Source of the DNA: Salipiger bermudensis | GTDB taxonomy: Bacteria > Cyanobacteriota > Cyanobacteriia > PCC-6307 > Cyanobiaceae | NCBI GenBank assembly: GCA_964225855.1 | Contig: CAXQPR010000039.1 | Coordinates: 8,889-72,888, forward strand | Direction of reading: 5' to 3' | DNA length: 64,000 nt | Shown here: positions 10,334-20,812 of the stretch, one piece after another | Layout: the number at the start of each line of letters is the position of its first letter | Position numbering within the stretch: position 1 is the stretch's first letter | Translations under genes and position numbers: made by a program | The notes under the pieces: generated by a model | What the model was told of the DNA's origin: nothing | The model's database searches: none | Seen by the model: the letters and a program-made list of their open reading frames with translations, nothing else

Positions 10334-11643
10334 AGCGGCAGGTTGCGGTGGCTGAACTGACGCGCACCGCTGGCGAAGTCAGCGGCAATGTGCCCTTCTC
10401 CCCGGAGGCGATAGCGGTAGGTGACCAAACCTTCCAGCCCCACCGGCCCCCGCGGAGGAAGGGTCTGCGTGCTGATGCCAACCTCAGCACCGAAGCCGTA
10501 ACGGAAGCCATCGGCAAAGCGGGTGGAGCAGTTGTGATAGACACCGGCGCTGTCGACGGCCCGCAGGAACCGTTCCGCCGTGGTGCCATTGGTGGTGGCA
10601 ATTGCCTCAGTGTGTCGAGAGCCGTAGCGACGGATGTGCTCCAGTGCCGTGTCCAGATCCGGCACCACGCGGACCGCGAGGATCAGATCGAGATACTCCG
10701 TGCTCCAGTCAGCATCCGTCACAGGATGGGGCACCCCAAGGGCACAGCTGGCCTCATCCCCCCGCAGCTCAACGCCCACGGCCGCAAAGGCGGGCACCGC
10801 ATCTGCCAAAAACTGCGAAGCGATGGCCTCATGCACCAGCAGAGTTTCGATCGCATTGCAAGCTGCTGGGTACTGGGTTTTGCTGTCGATCGCAATCCGT
10901 AGGGCCTGGGCACAGTCGGCCTCGGTGTCGATGAACAAATGGCAGACCCCATCGGCATGGCCCAGCACGGGGATGCGGGTGTTGTCCTGAATGAACCGCA
11001 CCAACTCATTGCTGCCCCGCGGGATGATCAGATCCACCAGGCCATCGAGACGCAGCAGCGCCAGGCTTTCCTGACGCGTGGTGAGAAGTGCCAGAGCATC
11101 GGCACTCACAACCGAGTCGGCCAATCCCTCTTTGAGGGCCACCATCACGGCCTGATTGGTGCGGTTGGCCTCACGCCCTCCTTTGAGAATCGCCCCATTC
11201 CCGGAGCGGATCGCCAAGGATGCGATCTGAATCACCGCATCAGGGCGGGCCTCAAAGATCACCCCAAGAACGCCGAGGGGGACGGTGATCCGCTCCAGCA
11301 CAAGCCCTTCATCGAGCTCACGATGCAATTGTCTGGAACCGAGGGGATCCTGCAGGGCTGCCACTTGGCGCACACCTTCAATCGCCCCTGCCAACTTGTC
11401 CTGATCCAACTTCAGGCGCGCCACCAAAGCAGGCGCCAAGCCATCGGCGCCTGCCTGCTCCAGGTCGGCGGCATTCGCGGCCGCGATCTGCTGCCGATGC
11501 CGCTCCAATGCCGCGGCCATCGCCTCCAACGCTTGCTGCCGCTGTTGATCCGTGGTCTGGCCCAGATCGATGGCCGCACGCCGCACGCCAGTGGCCAGAC
11601 GCAGGAGCTCAGCGGAGGGTTCGGGAACAGCCTGGCTGGTCAT
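10330..11643 (-). CDS. proA: Gamma-glutamyl phosphate reductase
   Basis: [46 protein letters not shown]; start 11643-11682. Confidence 0.96.
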   Translation of the reverse strand: MTSQAVPEPSAELLRLATGVRRAAIDLGQTTDQQRQQALEAMAAALERHRQQIAAANAADLEQAGADGLAPALVARLKLDQDKLAGAIEGVRQVAALQDPLGSRQLHRELDEGLVLERITVPLGVLGVIFEARPDAVIQIASLAIRSGNGAILKGGREANRTNQAVMVALKEGLADSVVSADALALLTTRQESLALLRLDGLVDLIIPRGSNELVRFIQDNTRIPVLGHADGVCHLFIDTEADCAQALRIAIDSKTQYPAACNAIETLLVHEAIASQFLADAVPAFAAVGVELRGDEASCALGVPHPVTDADWSTEYLDLILAVRVVPDLDTALEHIRRYGSRHTEAIATTNGTTAERFLRAVDSAGVYHNCSTRFADGFRYGFGAEVGISTQTLPPRGPVGLEGLVTYRYRLRGEGHIAADFASGARQFSHRNLPL

Positions 11644-11668
11644 CGTCAGGTGGGGCATCTGGGCTGCA

Positions 11669-12574
11669 TCATCCCGTTTCATGCGTCAGGCGATCCAGGG
11701 CAAGACGGGCCGCCCCCAAGCGACCGGCACTATTGCCGAGGGAACAGGCCTCGATCTGCAACCCCTCCCGACTGACGGCCTGCACCCGCGCCTCCACCTC
11801 GCGCCGCACAGCTGGGAGGAAATGAACTGCCGCTGCCGCCAGGCCACCACCCAGCAACACCTTCTGGGGGGTGAAGACATAAACCAAGGAACTCACGCCG
11901 ATGCCAAGGGTGGTTCCGTAGCGGTCCCAGACCTCGCAGGCCTCGGGATCACCGGCGGCAGCCCGATGGGCCAGCTCTTTCGGTTCCCCATCCCATAGAC
12001 GCCGCAAGGCCGCGATCGAAGCGAACTGCTCCAGGCTGCCGCGATTGCCGCTGTTGCAGGGCAATCCGCGGTAATCAATGCTGATCAGACCCGGCTCAGC
12101 GGCGGCACCGTTATGGCCTGTGAACAACTGACCCCCAAACATCACACCACCGCCAACACCGGTGCCAAGCGTGAGCAACACCACATCGGAGCAATCCTGG
12201 GCTGCACCTTTCCAGGCTTCACCCACAAGGGCACAGTTGCCGTCGTTGGCGAGGGTGACACGGCGCTGCAATCGCGGCTCCAGCCAATCCGCCAGAGGCA
12301 CCTCCTGCCACCCCGGCAGGTTGATGCACACCCTGGCAATACGAGCCGCCGCATCCATCGGACCAGGCAGACCGATCCCCACCACTTCTGCCCTGCGGGC
12401 AGGGTCGAGCCGCTCGATCGCTTCGCAGATCGCCATGCACACAGCACCGGGCATGGCCGGCTGAGGCGTCGGGATCTGGTCTTCCGCCAGCAGCTCACCC
12501 TGGCGATCGAAGCGCGCCAGCTTGATCGCCGTGCCGCCGAGGTCAACCCCGATCACTTCGTCCGCTGAAGGCAT
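11669..12574 (-). CDS. ROK family sugar kinase
   Basis: [32 protein letters not shown]. Confidence 0.92.
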   Translation of the reverse strand: MPSADEVIGVDLGGTAIKLARFDRQGELLAEDQIPTPQPAMPGAVCMAICEAIERLDPARRAEVVGIGLPGPMDAAARIARVCINLPGWQEVPLADWLEPRLQRRVTLANDGNCALVGEAWKGAAQDCSDVVLLTLGTGVGGGVMFGGQLFTGHNGAAAEPGLISIDYRGLPCNSGNRGSLEQFASIAALRRLWDGEPKELAHRAAAGDPEACEVWDRYGTTLGIGVSSLVYVFTPQKVLLGGGLAAAAVHFLPAVRREVEARVQAVSREGLQIEACSLGNSAGRLGAARLALDRLTHETG

Positions 12575-12576
12575 GG

Positions 12577-15500
12577 TTAGAAGCGGAAAAACACCTGGAA
12601 CTGGCTTTGCCAGGTGCCTTGATTGTCAACCGAACCCGAAATACTGAGGTTGTTATCGATCTGATACGACAACGTTCCCTGGGGCGGAATGTCATTGCGA
12701 TTGGGTGCGGCCAACACCGAGAAATTGAATCGCTCACTGACATCAAGTCCGAGCTCCGTCACCAGGGCCAACTGAGGCGGCACCCGCCCAGAAACGCGCT
12801 CCTGCTCATCCTGAATCTCAGGACTGACGTAGGTGGGATAGAGGGCGAATTGCAACCGCTGACTGAAGGCATCGGTGAGGGTTCCGATCACGGGTGTGAG
12901 CAACGACTGGCCCAGCACGGCAGCCAGGGCGGTACCGCCGCCTGAATTGGACAGACCGGCCAGAGAGTTCCCCCCGATCAGCCCCTGCAATTGCGCCCTC
13001 GGCATCGGAGGAGAACTGCGTAGCACCAGGTTGTCGGCCAGACGGTCGGCGGGGCCTGACGCTTCGACCATCACCTTCACTAGCCGCAATTGGCCAGCTG
13101 CACCGAATGAGCCCGTGCCATTGCTGTCAAACACATTGGTCGACACTGCGTTGCTGGAACTCCCGAGGCTGACGCTGTCGGACACGCGACTGACCATCGC
13201 AACGTCGACATAAGGGATCAAGCCCATGGAAGGGGTGAACACCGCCACGTTGGTCACACGGGGGTCCAGTTGGAATGTGGTTGTGAAGAAGGAAATCCGC
13301 CCGGTCAACATCCGCACCACCCCCTGAAGCCGCAGGCTGGGGTCCAGGGCTCCATTCAGAGTCAACTGGCCCTGCGTGGTGAAGGCCGCGATCGGAGCGA
13401 CAGTGACCGCGAGCTTGGGGCCGAACGTCACCCGCAAATTGTCAAATCCAAGGGCAGGGAACTGGGGGATCGCAGCTTTCAGCGAGCGGCTGGTGTCGGC
13501 TTCCACTTCAGGTCCCAACAGGACCAGCGGCTGTTCGAAATCCCATTGTTCTTCCAGCAGCGTGTTGAACGCCACGGGCCTGGTCGCCCCGGTGTTCGCA
13601 CTGTCGGATGTGGTGCTTTTGCCCCGGGCAAACAATGCAGGAGCAGGGCGAATCTTGCCGTTGCTGATGTCAACCTTGCCAGCCAAGCGTGGCCGCACCA
13701 GGGCCCCGCCGACGGTGAGATCGGCCGTGACGGCGACATCAGCCATCGGCAAGCTGATGCGGCTCTGCTTGAGGGCCAGGTTGAGAGGTTCCACTTCCTG
13801 GGTGGGACGGAACAACCCGAGCCCGCCCTGGCCCTCCAAGCGTCCCTTCTTACCCACCCGGGCCTGCAGGGACTGCACTTCAAGGCGATTGAAATCGAAC
13901 ACCACAGAGGTGTTGAGATCACTGATCGTCTGGTTCTCAATCGCAAAACCACCTTTCTCCACCACCAGGAAGCCATTGGCCTGGGGCGCCTGAAGGGTGC
14001 CACTCAAAATCAACCGCAAGCGGGCATCCCCTCCAGTCCAGGCCACACGGTCATTGGTGAACCCCGTGAGAAAGCGCAGGCCATCCCCCTTGGTGAGCAC
14101 CCGCACATCCAGGGCCCCGGAAGGCTCAAGAGGCACCTGACCCGTGAGCACAACCGGCTGAGCGGCAGCCTCATCCTTCAAGGCCAGATCCAACTGCAGG
14201 GCTTTCCCCTTCAGGGTGATCTGCCCCTTCTCGAGACGGAGGCGATGGGAGCCGATGCTGGCGTTCTCCAGCACCAGTTCCGTGGTCAGTTCAGGGCCAC
14301 TCGCCTGCCCAAGCCGGTAGGTGCCTGAAAGCCCCAGCCCACCCTGCAGCGCAGGCGGCACCGGCACCACCAGTGCCAACAACGTGAAGGGCAGATGCTT
14401 GAGGGAAAACTCACCCTGGCCATCCCGTAACGGGCCGCTGAGCGTGGCCACAAACGGTTCGATCTGCAACGCGTGGTCAACGTCCTCGCCTTCGACCCAC
14501 AGATGGCCGCGAGCCTTGAGATCGAGATTGAGATCGGCAAGGGAAGGACCACTGACCTTGATCTGAGCATCCATCTGACCGCGCAGATGTTCGGGATGGA
14601 AAGCCGCACGGGCGTGGTCTTGACGATCCCTGGCAGCGAGCTCCTCCTGGAGTTGGCGTAGGGCCTTCAGTTGGCCATCGATCGCCCCCCCAAAAGTGTC
14701 CACCAGCAACGTGCCGAGATCGGCTGCATGACCATTGGCATCCGGGCTATCGCGGTTGAGTTCGGACAGGCTCAGCAGTCCGCGGGTCAACCAACGGGCA
14801 CTGAGACCCTGGGCATCCAGATCCGCCTCGAGACCACCGCCCACAAGACCGTCGGCCTCCAGCAGCACCAGGCCACCTTCCGTTTCCGGTGGAAGCAATT
14901 CCCCGGTCAGTTGGTAACCACGATTGCGGTAGGTGCCCTCCAAACGGGCTTGGCGCAACTGAAGGCCCAGCAAACCGGGTTGATCAAGGGTGATGGACCC
15001 AGCCATCTCCAGGGGCTGAAGCCCAAGAGTGCCCTCTCCGGAGAGACGTCCATAAAGACCTTCAAAGCGTCCTTTCGGGGGCAGCGCCAACTCCAGACCA
15101 TCCAAGGGCAGCCCTTGAGCACGCCAGCGGTACGACGCCGGAGAACCCGCCAGCGTTAATTCGCCCCGCTGGCGCCGAAGAGTGACGCCCGTGGGAAGCC
15201 AATTGCGTCCCAGGTTGGCCTGCAACGAACCACCAATCGGCCCACTCCCCGAAGCCATGCGCAATTGACCGCCGCCGCCGGCAAGCCCCTCAAACCGACC
15301 ACTCCAGGTCTCCACCAACTGCAAGGTGCCGGCACGCGGGTTCGACAACTGCAGATCCAAATTCGGTTGCAGGGCATTCAGCGGCCCTTTCAAGGCACCG
15401 AAAGCCGAAAGACGACCGCCCATGGTGGTGCCCACAAGCGGACCAAGCCGCGCCAGGGGAAAAGCCCGCAGCTCCACAGCGGCGTCCAGATCACCGATTT

Positions 15501-16995
15501 GTGAGCGACCAGCGTTCCAGCGCAGGGGCACAGCAGCCTTGGCCTCCAGCTCTGCACTGCTGAAGCGCCGGAGCCGAGCGATTCCCTCCGCTGCGGTCCA
15601 ATCGGCCTTCAGTGACCAGTCCTGGAGCAAGGGGTTGGCCTGTTGCGACAGCGCGAGGCTGAGTTCAGGGCTCAGGGTCGCTCCCCGTAGCTGGAAGCTG
15701 CCGCGCACCGGTGCGCGCTGTCCGAGCAAGTCAGGCACCAGAGGGAGCCGACTCCAGGCAGGGCCGGCGAGCTCGAGTCGCTCGGAGTTGACCTCGAGCT
15801 CCGGATAGACAGCTCCCTTCGCCTGAAACCTCAAACCGGGAGCATTGAGGTCCAGTCGATCGAGTTGGGCACGAACCGCCTGCGGGTTGCGCCAATCGCC
15901 GGTGAGAAGCAACCGGAGTTGCACAGGAGCCTCAATCGGCACGCCATCCGGCAAACGCCAACGGCCATCCACGGCAAAACGGGGTTGTCGCCAGGGCCCT
16001 TGCAGGGATGCCCGAAGCTCTCGCTCTTGCCCGGGTTCGTGCAATTTGAGACGAAGATCAAACGTGCGATTGAGCGCAACATCTCCAGCGAGGGTGGCCC
16101 GATAGGGGCCATAGCTCCAGGCACTGGGAGAAATCTGCAGACGATCGCTTTTGCAGCTCATCTGCAACTGAGGGCTCTGCAGCGGCCCCTGTGTGCCGTC
16201 TGCCTGGAGCGTGAAATTCACCAGGGAGAGGCCACCAGCACAGCGGGCCTGGCCCGACTTCCACCCCAAGCGCAGATCGCCGCCGAGTTGACCGTCGAGA
16301 GACAACGTGTTTGCTGTCGGGATCAGCCCCTGAAGGGATCGCAGCCTCAGCTTCTCGATCCTGGCCTGGACATCCACCTCGGGCTTCCGCCAGCCACCTT
16401 TCAGACGCAATCCCAGCCGGCCCTGCTCAGGCAAGACGACTTGAAACGCCCCATCACCCCAGGACTGATCGAGGTGAACTGCCGCCTGACCCGCCACACG
16501 GATCTGAAGGTCAGCGGGTTCGATTCGAACTTGAGCAGGATCGATTAGCCGGATCGCGAGATCCAACTTCGGAGGGGGCTGATCGCCAGCGATCCCTGGA
16601 ATCCAATACGACCCCTGTGGATTACGCCGCAAGTTGAGACGCGCGCCTTGGAGGCGAATGACAGCCACCGGCTTCCAACGCCGCAGGCTGGCGAGGGGAT
16701 CGAACGCAATCCCGACGGACTGCACGGATGCCGTGGAAGCATCGCTGGGGCCAGGCTCCACAGTGATCGGACCCAGCGCAATGCCCCAGAAGCGCAGCCC
16801 CCGGTACTCACCGATCCGCAGGGGATGGCCAAGTGGCTTTGAGAGCTGACGTTCAAGCTGCGGACGCATCTGATCCACCAGCGCTGCAGCCAGACGATCG
16901 AGAGCAAACCAAGCCCCACCACCAACAAGGGCAACAGAGATTCCACCTCCCAAAAGCCGCCGAGGGAGGGTCTTTGGTGATGACCCACTGCCCAT
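12577..16995 (-). CDS. tamB: Translocation/assembly module TamB (DUF490; TIC236-like)
   Basis: 1472 aa, N-terminal TM anchor, long beta-rich body, C-terminal amphipathic strands ending FFRF. Confidence 0.85.
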   Translation of the reverse strand: MGSGSSPKTLPRRLLGGGISVALVGGGAWFALDRLAAALVDQMRPQLERQLSKPLGHPLRIGEYRGLRFWGIALGPITVEPGPSDASTASVQSVGIAFDPLASLRRWKPVAVIRLQGARLNLRRNPQGSYWIPGIAGDQPPPKLDLAIRLIDPAQVRIEPADLQIRVAGQAAVHLDQSWGDGAFQVVLPEQGRLGLRLKGGWRKPEVDVQARIEKLRLRSLQGLIPTANTLSLDGQLGGDLRLGWKSGQARCAGGLSLVNFTLQADGTQGPLQSPQLQMSCKSDRLQISPSAWSYGPYRATLAGDVALNRTFDLRLKLHEPGQERELRASLQGPWRQPRFAVDGRWRLPDGVPIEAPVQLRLLLTGDWRNPQAVRAQLDRLDLNAPGLRFQAKGAVYPELEVNSERLELAGPAWSRLPLVPDLLGQRAPVRGSFQLRGATLSPELSLALSQQANPLLQDWSLKADWTAAEGIARLRRFSSAELEAKAAVPLRWNAGRSQIGDLDAAVELRAFPLARLGPLVGTTMGGRLSAFGALKGPLNALQPNLDLQLSNPRAGTLQLVETWSGRFEGLAGGGGQLRMASGSGPIGGSLQANLGRNWLPTGVTLRRQRGELTLAGSPASYRWRAQGLPLDGLELALPPKGRFEGLYGRLSGEGTLGLQPLEMAGSITLDQPGLLGLQLRQARLEGTYRNRGYQLTGELLPPETEGGLVLLEADGLVGGGLEADLDAQGLSARWLTRGLLSLSELNRDSPDANGHAADLGTLLVDTFGGAIDGQLKALRQLQEELAARDRQDHARAAFHPEHLRGQMDAQIKVSGPSLADLNLDLKARGHLWVEGEDVDHALQIEPFVATLSGPLRDGQGEFSLKHLPFTLLALVVPVPPALQGGLGLSGTYRLGQASGPELTTELVLENASIGSHRLRLEKGQITLKGKALQLDLALKDEAAAQPVVLTGQVPLEPSGALDVRVLTKGDGLRFLTGFTNDRVAWTGGDARLRLILSGTLQAPQANGFLVVEKGGFAIENQTISDLNTSVVFDFNRLEVQSLQARVGKKGRLEGQGGLGLFRPTQEVEPLNLALKQSRISLPMADVAVTADLTVGGALVRPRLAGKVDISNGKIRPAPALFARGKSTTSDSANTGATRPVAFNTLLEEQWDFEQPLVLLGPEVEADTSRSLKAAIPQFPALGFDNLRVTFGPKLAVTVAPIAAFTTQGQLTLNGALDPSLRLQGVVRMLTGRISFFTTTFQLDPRVTNVAVFTPSMGLIPYVDVAMVSRVSDSVSLGSSSNAVSTNVFDSNGTGSFGAAGQLRLVKVMVEASGPADRLADNLVLRSSPPMPRAQLQGLIGGNSLAGLSNSGGGTALAAVLGQSLLTPVIGTLTDAFSQRLQFALYPTYVSPEIQDEQERVSGRVPPQLALVTELGLDVSERFNFSVLAAPNRNDIPPQGTLSYQIDNNLSISGSVDNQGTWQSQFQVFFRF

Positions 16996-17059
16996 CGGCC
17001 GCGTCAGTCCTGGCTGAGGTCAGCGCAATATAAGGAGCACTTCCGCGAATCACCAGCCC

Positions 17060-17521
17060 ATGAATCTGCCCCAGCTAGTTCAAAGTTCCGCAGGATGGCT
17101 GGCATGGAGCGGACTTGGCTTCGCCATTCTCACGGCCATCGCCTTTGCAGTTCGCTGGGGCTTGCGCTTCCGCCTGGTGGGCGTGACCAGCTTCACGCTG
17201 CTGCTGGCAGTGAGCAGCTGGGCCTTCACTGTCAGCTACACCCCTCCCGTCGTGATTGAGGGAGCCGTGCGAGCCCCGGTGGTGTTTGACAACGGCAATG
17301 ACTTGGTGATCGCCCAGGCACCAGCGGAGATGGCAGACGCGGCGATCATTCCGACCCTGGAGCAACTGGCAGCCAACCTGCGCTCGGGCGGCCGCAGCAG
17401 CCAGGTGGTCACGATCCGTCTCCGTCAGGTGCGCTCGGCCGGCGAAGGGGTCAGCGAGCCAGTCATTTTGGGTCAGAAAGAGGTGAGCAATTCGAGCGTT
17501 CCCACCGGTCTGCAGGGATGA
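17060..17521 (+). CDS. ycf51: Ycf51/DUF2518 family protein
   Basis: WGLRFRLVGVTSF, VFDNG, LEQLAANL. Confidence 0.85.
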   Translation: MNLPQLVQSSAGWLAWSGLGFAILTAIAFAVRWGLRFRLVGVTSFTLLLAVSSWAFTVSYTPPVVIEGAVRAPVVFDNGNDLVIAQAPAEMADAAIIPTLEQLAANLRSGGRSSQVVTIRLRQVRSAGEGVSEPVILGQKEVSNSSVPTGLQG

Positions 17522-17922
17522 GCAGCGCTGCGCCGCTGCGGGATCTACCCCAGAGTTTTCGGGATGAACAGCGGGCCCTGGAGGCCGCTGGGATCGCCAC
17601 CTGGGGGGCTTTGTTATCCCTGAGCGACCAACAGCTGAGCCAGTTGTCGCGCAGCGGACGGGCCAGTGCCCGCAATTTCAAACGTCTGCGAGGCATGGCG
17701 GCTCTTGTCTGCCACCTGGAGCTGGCGCCCGCGGATGCAGCCCTGTTGATGCATGCCGGCATCGCCACCGTTTCAGCCCTCGCAGCAGCCTCTCCCCAAG
17801 ACGTTGTCACCCGCACAGGACGGCTGGAACGGCAATTGCGCAGCGGCCGACCAGCTGTTGTCGACCTCGCTGTGGCCCGGCGCTGGATCCTGGCCGCCCA
17901 GGCATGGCAACCGAGGAACTGA
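17518..17922 (+). CDS. DUF4332 (helix-hairpin-helix-like) protein
   Basis: AALLMHAGIATVSALA, RWI motif; ATGA overlap with ycf51. Confidence 0.75.
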   Translation: MSSAAPLRDLPQSFRDEQRALEAAGIATWGALLSLSDQQLSQLSRSGRASARNFKRLRGMAALVCHLELAPADAALLMHAGIATVSALAAASPQDVVTRTGRLERQLRSGRPAVVDLAVARRWILAAQAWQPRN

Positions 17923-17986
17923 CCCTTCCCTGCTGCCATCACCGGGATCGCCGATCTCAAATGAAGTGAGATAACCGGGAGGGAGC

Positions 17987-18265
17987 ATGCGAAATCTGAT
18001 CTTGTTGCTGCCGATGGTCGGCCTGATGGCTGCATCGACATCCGCGTTTGCTCAGTCGTCCTCGACGCTTCTGGAGGGAGTCAAAAACAACCCTGGGCAA
18101 GCCCGGGCGATGTGCAGAACATTCCGCCAGCTGAACGCAGAAGGGCAATCAGCCCTCTCTGAAGCGTCCATTCGTGCCCTTGCGAAGCAACGGGGATTGA
18201 GTCACAAAGACTCCGAAATTCTGGCGACCTATGTGATCGGTCTTCATTGCACGGATGTCAGCTGA
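17987..18265 (+). CDS. Small secreted hypothetical protein (two Cys)
   Basis: Signal peptide, GGAG upstream; C-terminal EILATYVIGLHC typical of picocyanobacterial hypotheticals. Confidence 0.75.
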   Translation: MRNLILLLPMVGLMAASTSAFAQSSSTLLEGVKNNPGQARAMCRTFRQLNAEGQSALSEASIRALAKQRGLSHKDSEILATYVIGLHCTDVS

Positions 18266-19919
18266 TCCTCCAAACGAAGATCCAGCCCCCTCAACCAACG
18301 ATCACAGGGATCTCAGCTTGACCCTCCCGGATGGGGTCGAGCTGATTTCCCGCATCTGGACACCCAAGCACCAGAACGGCCCCTGGCCTGCGCTGCTGAT
18401 GCGTCAGCCCTATGGGCGCGCCATCGCCTCCACCGTCACCTATGCCCACCCCCGCTGGTGGGCCGATCAGGGGTTTCTCGTGGTGGTGCAGGACGTGCGC
18501 GGTCAGGGGGAATCCGGAGGCCGGTTCAGCGGCTTCAGTCAGGAAGCAGCCGACAGCGATGCCACCTTGGCCTGGGTGCGCGACCTGCCGGAATGCAACG
18601 GCCGCGTCGGTGTTTACGGCTTCTCCTATCAGGGCTTCACGCAGTTAATGGCCCAACCGGGCAGCGCCCCCCCGGACTGCCTCGCTCCCGCGATGACGGG
18701 GCTGGATGAGCGGGAGCACTGGAGCTGCGAAGGCGGAGCCCACTGGTGGCACCTCGGGCTGGGGTGGGGGTTGCAGCTGGCGGCACTGCAAGCACAACGC
18801 AGGAATGACGAGCAAGCCTGGGAGGAGATCCGCCGCTGCCTGGAAGACAACCGCCACTGCCGCGACGGCCTGGCCCTTCTGCGCCGCTATGACGCTGACG
18901 GCATGGCCTGTCGATGGCTTGATCAATCCCCAGCCGATGCCAACGCCTGGATCACACATCAACCACCGGACGCTTGGATGCGGCAACCCATGCTGCTGAT
19001 CGGTGGCTGGTGGGACCCCCACCTGCGGGGCGTACTGGATCTGCACCAGCGCAGCTTGGCTGCAGGCGGGAACCCCGAGCTGCACATCGGCCCCGCCACC
19101 CATCTGCAGTGGTGGCCCGAAGCCCAACAGCTGCACCTGGACTTTTTTCGGCGCCATCTCTGCGATGCCCCTCTCGATGGTGCCCTGGCCGCAGAGCCAG
19201 CCAATGCCAGGGCGATGCACGTCTGGGACCAATGCACCCATCACTGGAATGCCATCAGGCTGGGCGATGCCAGCGGTGGGAACTGGCGCCTCAGCGGCAG
19301 TTCCCTGACCTGCCATGACATGAACCACGGACGACTGTTCGCGACCGCATCAGGAGAGAAACCTGCTGTGCAGGCGGATGGTGACGCCGTGGTGATCGTT
19401 CATGACCCCTGGAGAGCCACGCCCGCCATCGGTGGCCATCTCAGCCCGAATCCAGGCCCCTGTGATCGTGCGTCTGTCGACGCGCGGACTGATGTGGCCA
19501 CCTTCACCTCAGGCCCCCTGAAGCAGCCCCTGCAATTGCGAGGACGCCCTGTTCTCTCGCTGCCGGTGTCTGCCGATCAACCAGGTTTCGACCTCTGCAT
19601 CGCCCTGGCCGTCTGTCCATCAGGGAGCGGAGAAAGCCGCCAACTCAGCACCGGTGTGCTGCGTGTGATCGGCGACCAGGCCTTGGCTGAGACAACTCAT
19701 CGCGTCGAGCTTCAGGGTCTGGAAGCCTGTCTGCAACCCGGGGACCGGCTGCGCCTCTCGATTGCAGGGGCCTGCTGGCCAGCCATCGCTGTGAACCCCG
19801 GCACGGGCTCAGCCACCTGTGGCCCACCGAATCTGGATTGCCGCGTGATCAGCATCAGTTTTCAGCCCTCGGCAGCTGAATTAACGATTGTTCCCCTGAT
19901 CGATCACCCGGAACGCTGA
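18255..19919 (+). CDS. CocE/NonD family hydrolase
   Basis: RQPYG, QDVRG.G.S.G, GFSYQG, GGWWD, C-terminal jelly-roll region. Confidence 0.9.
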   Translation: MSADPPNEDPAPSTNDHRDLSLTLPDGVELISRIWTPKHQNGPWPALLMRQPYGRAIASTVTYAHPRWWADQGFLVVVQDVRGQGESGGRFSGFSQEAADSDATLAWVRDLPECNGRVGVYGFSYQGFTQLMAQPGSAPPDCLAPAMTGLDEREHWSCEGGAHWWHLGLGWGLQLAALQAQRRNDEQAWEEIRRCLEDNRHCRDGLALLRRYDADGMACRWLDQSPADANAWITHQPPDAWMRQPMLLIGGWWDPHLRGVLDLHQRSLAAGGNPELHIGPATHLQWWPEAQQLHLDFFRRHLCDAPLDGALAAEPANARAMHVWDQCTHHWNAIRLGDASGGNWRLSGSSLTCHDMNHGRLFATASGEKPAVQADGDAVVIVHDPWRATPAIGGHLSPNPGPCDRASVDARTDVATFTSGPLKQPLQLRGRPVLSLPVSADQPGFDLCIALAVCPSGSGESRQLSTGVLRVIGDQALAETTHRVELQGLEACLQPGDRLRLSIAGACWPAIAVNPGTGSATCGPPNLDCRVISISFQPSAAELTIVPLIDHPER

Positions 19920-19961
19920 ACCTCCGGCAAACTGACGCCAACTCTGCGTCGTCTTCACGCT

Positions 19962-20735
19962 GTGAACACCACTGCCTGCGTTCTTGCCCTCGCGCTCTGC
20001 GGCCCGATCGCCTCCGTGATGCCGTCGGCAAAAGGCCAGGCCACGACCCTGGAGCAGGTGGACGCAAAACCCATGACCTTGGCTCAGGCCGCCGTTGCTC
20101 CCAGCACCTCGCTCACAGCAGCGCAGGCCACCAAGGCAGCCCAACAACTCCTCGATGCCCTACAAGCCAAGGATGCTGCGGGACTGTATGCCGGTCTCTC
20201 AGCCCCCCTGCGCGGCACCAGCAGTGAAGCAGCAGTTCAAAACCGATTGAACCGAGGGCCAAAGCTCAGCGGCTATCGAATCAACACCATCTCCCGCGGG
20301 ATCGACGACACCACCGTGGAAGCTGTCGCCATCCTCAATGGCGGCAAAAAAGAAGCCCCGCTGCTGCTGGTGCTGGATGACGCAGGCAAGCTGGTGGCGT
20401 GGAAATGGATCGGCACGACCCTGCCGATCGAGCAGAGCGCCATCAATTTCGTGAAAGATCTCGATGCCGAGCGCTGGGTCGACGCTCGCTACTACCTCGA
20501 CCTCGAGTTTCAGAAGGAGATCGCCCCTCAGGACCTCAAGCGCAAGTGGAGCAAACTCGCCCGCACCCTGGGGGGAGTGAAGGAGATCAAGAGCGCTCTC
20601 GTGGCAAGCCAGGGCGGCGATCAGCAACTCGTGCTGGTGACCATCCAATTCGGCAAGGTGACCGACAACCTGTTCGTGATCTTCAACCGCGATGGGCGGA
20701 TCATCAACGTGGATTTCTCCGCCGATCTGGTCTGA
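19962..20735 (+). CDS. DUF3887-domain secreted protein
   Basis: Signal peptide plus two related small alpha/beta repeats; C-terminal FNRDGRIINVDF. Confidence 0.7.
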   Translation: MNTTACVLALALCGPIASVMPSAKGQATTLEQVDAKPMTLAQAAVAPSTSLTAAQATKAAQQLLDALQAKDAAGLYAGLSAPLRGTSSEAAVQNRLNRGPKLSGYRINTISRGIDDTTVEAVAILNGGKKEAPLLLVLDDAGKLVAWKWIGTTLPIEQSAINFVKDLDAERWVDARYYLDLEFQKEIAPQDLKRKWSKLARTLGGVKEIKSALVASQGGDQQLVLVTIQFGKVTDNLFVIFNRDGRIINVDFSADLV

Positions 20736-20812
20736 TCGCCTAATTGGTCGAGATGGACAGCGGGAAGCCGGGTTTTTCCGCTTAAGCTCCCGCCCAACAC
20801 TGCCGTTGGGTC